Origin: Bacillota bacterium
GTDB lineage: Bacteria > Bacillota > Clostridia > DUPQ01
NCBI GenBank assembly: GCA_036743175.1
Contig: DAINQB010000002.1
Coordinates: 26,757-90,756 of the forward strand
Direction: 5' to 3'
Length of the DNA stretch: 64,000 bases
Shown here: positions 58,176-64,000 of the stretch, one piece after another
Layout: every line of letters begins with the position of its first letter
Position numbering within the stretch: position 1 is the stretch's first letter
Notes under the pieces: generated by a model
Seen by the model: only the letters and a program-made list of their open reading frames with translations
The model's database searches: none
Told to the model about the DNA's origin: nothing
Made by a program: the position numbers and the translations under genes

Positions 58176-59204
58176 TTATCGCTGTACTCGTCCGGAACCG
58201 TCTCCGCCCATCAGGCTTACTACATCCTTGACGGATACCCTGTTGAAGTCCCCCGAAATAGTATGCTTCAGGCAGCTGGCTGCCACTGCAAACTCAAGGG
58301 CATCCTGAGGATCTTCATATTTTCTCAATCCGTAGATCAATCCACCGGCAAATGAATCACCACCGCCGACACGGTCTATGATATGGGTCATATCGTACTT
58401 CTTGCTGAGATAGAACTTTTTACCGTCGTTCAGACAAGCACTCCAGCCGTTGTGATCTGCACTCTTGCTTTCCCTCAGGGTTATTGCCATGTACTTAAGT
58501 GACGGATATTCCGCCATGACCTTATTGGAAAGAGCCTTATACTTTGAAGTATCAAGATGTCCGCCTTCTACATCAGCATCAATGCTTATACCGAGTGATT
58601 TCTGACAATCCTCCTCATTTGCAATGCCAACATTCACATATTTAACAAGTTCAGGCATCACTTCAGTGGCTTTTTTCCCATACTTCCAGAGTTTGTTCCT
58701 GAAGTTGAAATCACAGGATATGGTAATGCCTTTGTCAGCTGCTGCTTTTACAGACTCAAATGCCAGCTGTCTTGCAGAATCGCTTATTGCAGGCGTAATA
58801 CCCGTGATATGGAACCAGTCAACTCCATCGAAGACTTCATCCCAGTCTATGTCACCTGGTTTTGCAAGTGAAACAGCTGAATACGAACGGTCATATATTA
58901 CCTTGGAAGGCCTTTGTACAGAACCTGCCTCAAGATAATATATCCCGAGCCTGCCTTCGCCTGTTTTTATAAGTGAAACATCAACTCCAAAGCTCCGAAG
59001 CTCCCTTTTGCAGGCGTCCGCTATCTCATTGTCCGGCATGACCGTTACAAATGCCGCATCCATGCCAAAGTTTGCAAGGGAAACTGCCACATTGGCTTCT
59101 CCGCCGCCGAATGTCGCCTCAAACTTGGCACTTTGGAAGAATTTCTCTCTTTCCGGTGCCTTGAGCCTAAGCATTATCTCTCCGAAAGTCACCACTTTTT
59201 TCAT
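58176..59204 (-). CDS. kdgK: 2-dehydro-3-deoxygluconokinase (PfkB family sugar kinase)
   Basis: The PfkB signatures GGGEANVA and [12 protein letters not shown] are present. It is adjacent to the KDPG aldolase gene. Confidence 0.85.
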   Translation of the reverse strand: MKKVVTFGEIMLRLKAPEREKFFQSAKFEATFGGGEANVAVSLANFGMDAAFVTVMPDNEIADACKRELRSFGVDVSLIKTGEGRLGIYYLEAGSVQRPSKVIYDRSYSAVSLAKPGDIDWDEVFDGVDWFHITGITPAISDSARQLAFESVKAAADKGITISCDFNFRNKLWKYGKKATEVMPELVKYVNVGIANEEDCQKSLGISIDADVEGGHLDTSKYKALSNKVMAEYPSLKYMAITLRESKSADHNGWSACLNDGKKFYLSKKYDMTHIIDRVGGGDSFAGGLIYGLRKYEDPQDALEFAVAASCLKHTISGDFNRVSVKDVVSLMGGDGSGRVQR

Positions 59205-59848
59205 AATGCCTCCCTCGCTTCCTTTATCTTTTTGAGAAATTCCTTTGCTGTAGCAGTAATTGCAGCATAATCACCTGTTTTAGCTCCTTTTGTAAGACTG
59301 CTTCCTGCTCCTACCGCAACCGCTCCGGCTTTGATCCATTCCTCGACGTTGTCAACTTCAACACCTCCCGTCGGCATCATCTGCGCCTGCGGGATGGGAC
59401 CTTTTACTGATTTGATTATGGAAGGTCCGAAAAGATTACCGGGGAATATCTTGATTATGTCCGCTCCGGCTTCCATTGCTAGAATTATTTCATTTATGGT
59501 CATGGCTCCCGGCATTGACGGGACCTGATATCGATTGCATAACTTGATTGTTTCCAGATTAATATTCGGGCTTACGATATACTGTGCTCCTGAAAGTATT
59601 GCAATTCTTGCAGTCTCAGGATCAAGTACCGTTCCCGCACCCAGTATAATCTCACCGGACTGATACTTTGATGAAAGGTCCTCGATTATCTTATGGGCTC
59701 CCGGAACCGTGAAGGTTATTTCAATGGCAGCAACTCCGCCTTCTATGCAGGCATCGAATATCCTGTATGCTTTCTCTGCAGATTCCGCCCTCACAACCGC
59801 AACAAGGCCGTTGTCTGTGATTCTTGTAACCAGTTTTTGTCTGTTCAT
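59201..59848 (-). CDS. eda: KDPG/KHG aldolase (Eda family)
   Basis: An Eda-like TIM barrel with AVVRAES and IEITF motifs and the catalytic Lys region. The start was chosen at MNRQKLV, which has an AAGGAAG RBS. Confidence 0.85.
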   Translation of the reverse strand: MNRQKLVTRITDNGLVAVVRAESAEKAYRIFDACIEGGVAAIEITFTVPGAHKIIEDLSSKYQSGEIILGAGTVLDPETARIAILSGAQYIVSPNINLETIKLCNRYQVPSMPGAMTINEIILAMEAGADIIKIFPGNLFGPSIIKSVKGPIPQAQMMPTGGVEVDNVEEWIKAGAVAVGAGSSLTKGAKTGDYAAITATAKEFLKKIKEAREAL

Positions 59849-59863
59849 GATTCTTCCTTTCAA

Positions 59864-60490
59864 TTACTCTTCAAAGTTATCTGCTTCCACCATTGCACAC
59901 AGTGCATGATATATGGGCAGGTGATATTCCTGGACCCTGTAGGTTTCCGTTGCAGGAGCCTTTATGACAACCGTACAATTTTCCACCAATTTACCGCCTT
60001 TTTTGCCGGTAAGACCTATTGTCTTCATTCCGAATGCATTGGCCACCCTGGCCGCATTATTGACATTTGATGCATTGCCCGAAGTTGAAATGGCAACAAG
60101 TACATTGTTCGGGTTCCTGTATCCATAGACCTGCTGGGCATATACCATGTCAGGCTCAACGTCATTCATGAAGGCTGTGGCTATGGAAGTCTGGCTGACC
60201 AATGATACTGCCGGCAAGGTGCCCTGGAGGTTATTATATAAATATTCATCACCCAGCAAATCCTTGTCCGCCTCTGGAAGCGGTCTTTTCTTAAGAAAGC
60301 CTTTCATTAGTTCGCCGACAATATGCTCGCTGTCAGCTGCACTGCCACCGTTGCCGCATACAAGTACCATCCCTTTATTCCTGTAGCATTCCGCAATGAT
60401 TTCAAATGCCGTCAGAATATCATCCCTGCATTCGGCCAGGGCGGGATTATCAAGAATAGTCTTTTCAAGTATCCTCATTGATTCTTTCAT
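59864..60490 (-). CDS. SIS domain protein (phosphoheptose isomerase-like)
   Basis: The SIS motif VCGNGGSAADSEH is present. The start was chosen at MKESMRIL, which has an AAAGGAA RBS. Confidence 0.7.
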   Translation of the reverse strand: MKESMRILEKTILDNPALAECRDDILTAFEIIAECYRNKGMVLVCGNGGSAADSEHIVGELMKGFLKKRPLPEADKDLLGDEYLYNNLQGTLPAVSLVSQTSIATAFMNDVEPDMVYAQQVYGYRNPNNVLVAISTSGNASNVNNAARVANAFGMKTIGLTGKKGGKLVENCTVVIKAPATETYRVQEYHLPIYHALCAMVEADNFEE

Positions 60491-60491
60491 A

Positions 60492-61490
60492 TTATAATTC
60501 CTTTGCCATTTCATAGGCTGCTATGGACAATGCCTCAAGGTCACCTATCTTTTCCCCCAGTGCGGCAGGAACCACCTTGCATACTTTCCTTGAGTGTACC
60601 AATGTTTCCCTTTCAATTACTTCCTTTGCATGGGGCCATAAAATATCGGTGCTTCTTGCAAAAATGCTTCCTATTGCTATTATCTCCGGGTTCAGGATAT
60701 CTATGAAAATGGAGAGTGCCTTACCCAGATATTCTCCGCTGATTTTATATATTTCGAGGCCCAGTTCGTCCCCGGCCTCTGCTGCATCTCCAACAATCTT
60801 GGCAGTCAGACCATCAAGGTCATCAATGGATTTGCAAAATGACACCTTTCCCCCCATCTGAAGCTTCTCAAGCACCTTTGTCCTTGCTATCTGGACTATT
60901 CCTCCGCCACTGCAGAATCCCTCACAGGATCCCGCCTTTCCAAACCCAACGGGACCATTGTCAGCAAGCCTTACATGTCCCACTTCACCGGCCATATCGT
61001 TTGTTCCCGAGTAAAGTCTGCCGTCAAGTATAAGTCCTGCTCCAAAGCCTGTTCCAAAGGTAATGAACATTACATTGCGATAGCCTTTGCCGGCTCCGTA
61101 AAGCCACTCTGCAAGCGCGCCTGCATTGGCATCATTCTGAAGCTTGCTTCTTATGCCGAACCTCTTTTCAAATATATCCACTATCGGAATCTCATCCCAT
61201 CCCAGAAGATTGGGAGGTGAAAGTATCATACCATTTCTGCTGTCGACAGGACCACCGCAGTTTATACCTATGCATGCAATATCATTGTTTTCAAGGTTAT
61301 TACGTTCAAGCATTGCCTCGGTTTCAAAACAGAATCTTTCAATCACATCATAAGGAGTTCCTTCAGTGGGGAATTTCACCTTGTCAATTACAACAGGTTC
61401 CTTTTCAAGGAAATCCCTGTCATCCCCGGTTTTACCAAGGACGACCGCACATTTAGTTCCACCTATGTCAATTCCGACCAAATACATCAA
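60492..61490 (-). CDS. ROK family sugar kinase
   Basis: The ROK motifs are GIDIGGTK, a Cys-rich zinc motif (CEGFCSGGG) and GEVGH. Confidence 0.8.
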   Translation of the reverse strand: MMYLVGIDIGGTKCAVVLGKTGDDRDFLEKEPVVIDKVKFPTEGTPYDVIERFCFETEAMLERNNLENNDIACIGINCGGPVDSRNGMILSPPNLLGWDEIPIVDIFEKRFGIRSKLQNDANAGALAEWLYGAGKGYRNVMFITFGTGFGAGLILDGRLYSGTNDMAGEVGHVRLADNGPVGFGKAGSCEGFCSGGGIVQIARTKVLEKLQMGGKVSFCKSIDDLDGLTAKIVGDAAEAGDELGLEIYKISGEYLGKALSIFIDILNPEIIAIGSIFARSTDILWPHAKEVIERETLVHSRKVCKVVPAALGEKIGDLEALSIAAYEMAKEL

Positions 61491-61529
61491 AAGTACCCCT
61501 TCTTAAACAGCAATTAATATATATTAACA

Positions 61530-62675
61530 CTATTTTTGTGTCAACTTCTTCCATTCATCCACAAGTGCCAGTGTATTCTTCCAGTTGAAGTGCTGCCTGA
61601 TGCTGTTTGTAACCCCAAGGACAAAACGCTTCCCCTGGAATACCTCCATTGCATCCCTTACGGCCTTTCTTGTACTATCCTCATTGTCTGAGGCAAGGCA
61701 CACCGGACTGCTGACCCCTGTCCATATCGCTGAAATATCTGAAAGTCCTTCCATGACATCCAGGTTTGAACAGTTTGAAAGTTCAGGTTCAAAACCCTCA
61801 ACTATATCGAATCCGATTTCTGCAATATCACAAAGCAATGGCTTCATTCCAGTCACTACCCTATAGTACATGGGTCTTTTAAATTCCCTTGCCTTTGCCA
61901 CTTCCCTCCTGGCAAACGGTGAAACCACATCCCTGTATATTGACGGTGAAAAGAAATTTGTCTGTTCATAACCACCAAACCTCTTGAACAAGTCTATGTC
62001 GTAATAGTCTGCAATCCTCATTCTTTCCTGGGTCATTTCATGTTCATATTCAGCAAGCATTGCAAATTCTTCGGGATAATCCATCGCAAACAGTACAAAG
62101 TTTTCCGCTCCCATGCAAAACATCAGGACGGCAAGGCCCTGTCCGACCGTCGCCCTTGTAAGCACCTGGTATCTGTCAGCAATATCAAAAAGCCTTCTGT
62201 TCTGCTTTTTTACCTTCTCAATATCATCCGTTGAAGGCGGATACCAGAGATATTTGAATGCCTTTATATCTTCAGGCCCCTTTACCAGTGGTTCATAATT
62301 GTTGCTCGCACAGTGATCATTTCCGGGGAACGGTATATCATCCCCATAAGGCCAGTCATGTGTTCTTCGAACCCCCTGACGTAAAATTCCTTCCGGAGTA
62401 ATGTATTCCTTGAAAATCACCGGATACTTTTCACCCTCGACTTCTTCGGTCCACACCCTGGTTCTTACATCAGGCCAGGTGCCAAAATCAGGCAAAGCTA
62501 TATCAATGACGGGTTCCGTACCAAGGTCCAGATAACACCTTACCCTGTCCTCAGGGTCAGAAAGATTGTAACCCTCTACTCGCAGAGCATTGTTGAAATA
62601 TATGCTGCATGGAACATAGTCCTTTTCTTTTCCGGAAAAAGCCGCGAGCATTCTTTCCTTTGATGTCATCCTCAT
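61530..62675 (-). CDS. uroporphyrinogen decarboxylase (URO-D) family protein
   Basis: The third URO-D-like paralogue. The start was chosen at MRMTSKERMLAAF, which has an AAAGGGG RBS. Confidence 0.65.
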   Translation of the reverse strand: MRMTSKERMLAAFSGKEKDYVPCSIYFNNALRVEGYNLSDPEDRVRCYLDLGTEPVIDIALPDFGTWPDVRTRVWTEEVEGEKYPVIFKEYITPEGILRQGVRRTHDWPYGDDIPFPGNDHCASNNYEPLVKGPEDIKAFKYLWYPPSTDDIEKVKKQNRRLFDIADRYQVLTRATVGQGLAVLMFCMGAENFVLFAMDYPEEFAMLAEYEHEMTQERMRIADYYDIDLFKRFGGYEQTNFFSPSIYRDVVSPFARREVAKAREFKRPMYYRVVTGMKPLLCDIAEIGFDIVEGFEPELSNCSNLDVMEGLSDISAIWTGVSSPVCLASDNEDSTRKAVRDAMEVFQGKRFVLGVTNSIRQHFNWKNTLALVDEWKKLTQK

Positions 62676-62798
62676 TGTTGTCCCCTTTCTATGCAATACA
62701 TTTTACACCAACAGGATGTTTCTGTATCGATGATTACAAATCAAATTCTTGATTTTCCTGATTGATATGATAAAATAAGAACATATGTTCGGTGTATT

Positions 62799-64000
62799 AT
62801 GAATAGAATGATTTTTCACATAGACTGCAATAATGCATTTCTGTCATGGGAGGCGGCATACCGGCTGACAAAGGGAGAAACCCTGGACATCAGGACAATA
62901 CCGGCGGTCATCGGCGGAAACAGGGAAAAACGCAAGGGCATTGTTCTTGCAAGCTCTTATCCTGCAAAGAAATTCGGCATCCGTACCGGAATGTCACTGA
63001 TGGAAGCCTGCAAACTGTGCCCGAACCTTGACATAAATCCTCCCGATTACGATCTTTATGTACAGTGTTCTGATGAACTTATGGCACTTCTTTCAAGATA
63101 CACCCCCCTTGTTGAGCGTTACAGCATTGATGAGTGTTTTGCCGATGTCACCGGCTGCTTCACCGGTACGGCAAGGGATTTTGCAGACATGCTCAGGAAT
63201 GAAGTCTCCTCAACCCTTGGTTTCACTGTAAACATCGGGGTCTCTGATTCCAAGCTGCTTGCCAAGACAGCCTCCGGATTCTCAAAACCCGACAAAACCC
63301 ATGAACTCTATTCAAGCGAACTTGAGGAAAAATACTTTCCCCTTCCCATACACAAGCTTTTTATGATAGGCTTTCGCACCTGCATGAAGCTTTATAACCT
63401 TGGCTACAGAAAAATAGGTGATGTGGCCCATGAAGACCCGAAGCTCCTTAGAAAACATTTCAAACTGTTCGGTCTTCTCATATGGTCCAATGCAAACGGT
63501 GTGGATCATTCCCTCGTAAGACCATATGACGAACGCCCCAAGGGAATCGGAAACGGAATGACCCTTCCCGCAGATGCAGCGACACCTGATGACGCCTATC
63601 CTTTCATTCTTTCACTGTGTGAGATTTCATCCCAGAGACTTCGCGCTGCGGGCATGCAGGCCTACACCGTATCCCTTGGCATCAGAACCAGTGATTTCCG
63701 CTTCAACTCCCACCAGCGTAAACTGATATCCCCTACACAAAGCACCATGGAAATATATGGGATATGCAGGATGCTGTATAATGAGTTATGGGACGGGACA
63801 CCGGCAAGAGGTCTTTCGGTCAGACTGGCGGATCTTGTACCCGGCGGCACCATACAGCTTGACATGCTTGGAAACCAGGAAGCACGCCAGCAGAAGATTG
63901 ACAGTTGTATAGATGACATAAGGGGAAAATACGGCGACAGCTGCCTCATGAGGGCCAGCACAATAAATACGGGGGCTGAGCCGGTTGCGGTTACGACACA
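62799..64000 (+). CDS. dinB: DNA polymerase IV (Y-family), 3' end truncated by the window
   Basis: The protein begins MNRMIFHIDCNNAFLS and contains SIDECF and the ERPKG-like block PYDERPKGIG. The frame is open to 64000. Confidence 0.85.
   Translation, partial: MNRMIFHIDCNNAFLSWEAAYRLTKGETLDIRTIPAVIGGNREKRKGIVLASSYPAKKFGIRTGMSLMEACKLCPNLDINPPDYDLYVQCSDELMALLSRYTPLVERYSIDECFADVTGCFTGTARDFADMLRNEVSSTLGFTVNIGVSDSKLLAKTASGFSKPDKTHELYSSELEEKYFPLPIHKLFMIGFRTCMKLYNLGYRKIGDVAHEDPKLLRKHFKLFGLLIWSNANGVDHSLVRPYDERPKGIGNGMTLPADAATPDDAYPFILSLCEISSQRLRAAGMQAYTVSLGIRTSDFRFNSHQRKLISPTQSTMEIYGICRMLYNELWDGTPARGLSVRLADLVPGGTIQLDMLGNQEARQQKIDSCIDDIRGKYGDSCLMRASTINTGAEPVAVTT

Overview
This 64-kb window looks like part of a low-GC Firmicutes (Clostridia-like) chromosome. 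It is mostly coding, and most genes run on the minus strand. In coordinate order it contains:

(1) A partial NYN-like gene.

(2) A Tad/Flp pilus locus at 607-6281. Its gene order is CpaB, two TadE-like pseudopilins, an Flp-type pilin, TadC, TadB, the CpaF/TadA ATPase, and a final gene that fuses a Ser/Thr-kinase-like domain to a TadZ/CpaE-like MinD-fold domain. Both domains look catalytically degenerate, and the gene lacks a canonical start codon.

(3) A divergently transcribed ECF transporter (S component, duplicated ATPase, T component), followed by two tandem SAM hydroxide adenosyltransferase (DUF62) paralogues.

(4) A co-directional minus-strand purine/uric-acid catabolism supercluster of about 21 kb at 12942-34170. 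It holds carbamate kinase, a YgeW-like carbamoyltransferase, a YgeY-like M20 peptidase, two fold-II PLP enzymes, adenine deaminase, an XRE-cupin regulator, two complete molybdenum-hydroxylase triads with opposite subunit order, a PreA-like dihydropyrimidine dehydrogenase subunit, SsnA, a hydantoinase, a THEP1/MobB-like P-loop NTPase, an XdhC-like protein, an ECF-S-like membrane protein and MocA.

(5) An AT-rich insert carrying a DUF4143 AAA ATPase.

(6) An ilvH-ilvC-leuA-cimA operon with no ilvB.

(7) An islet with two toxin-antitoxin pairs (DinJ/YafQ and HigB/HigA-like) flanking an orphan solute-binding lipoprotein.

(8) An AmmeMemoRadiSam system in which proteins B and A are fused into one polypeptide.

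(9) A Gfo/Idh/MocA oxidoreductase, a PrsW protease, three URO-D family paralogues scattered across the window, a class II B12-dependent ribonucleotide reductase, an OmpR-type two-component system followed by a GC-rich secreted acidic protein, a beta-propeller protein, KDG kinase with KDPG aldolase, SIS and ROK genes, and a 3'-truncated dinB.

(10) A repeated intergenic element that no listed feature type explains well. Three loci carry tandem arrays with a 19-bp period built on the 16-bp palindrome AGGAAAATATTTTCCT, embedded in 28-44 bp perfect palindromes. Each array lies just downstream of an intrinsic terminator and upstream of a minus-strand gene.
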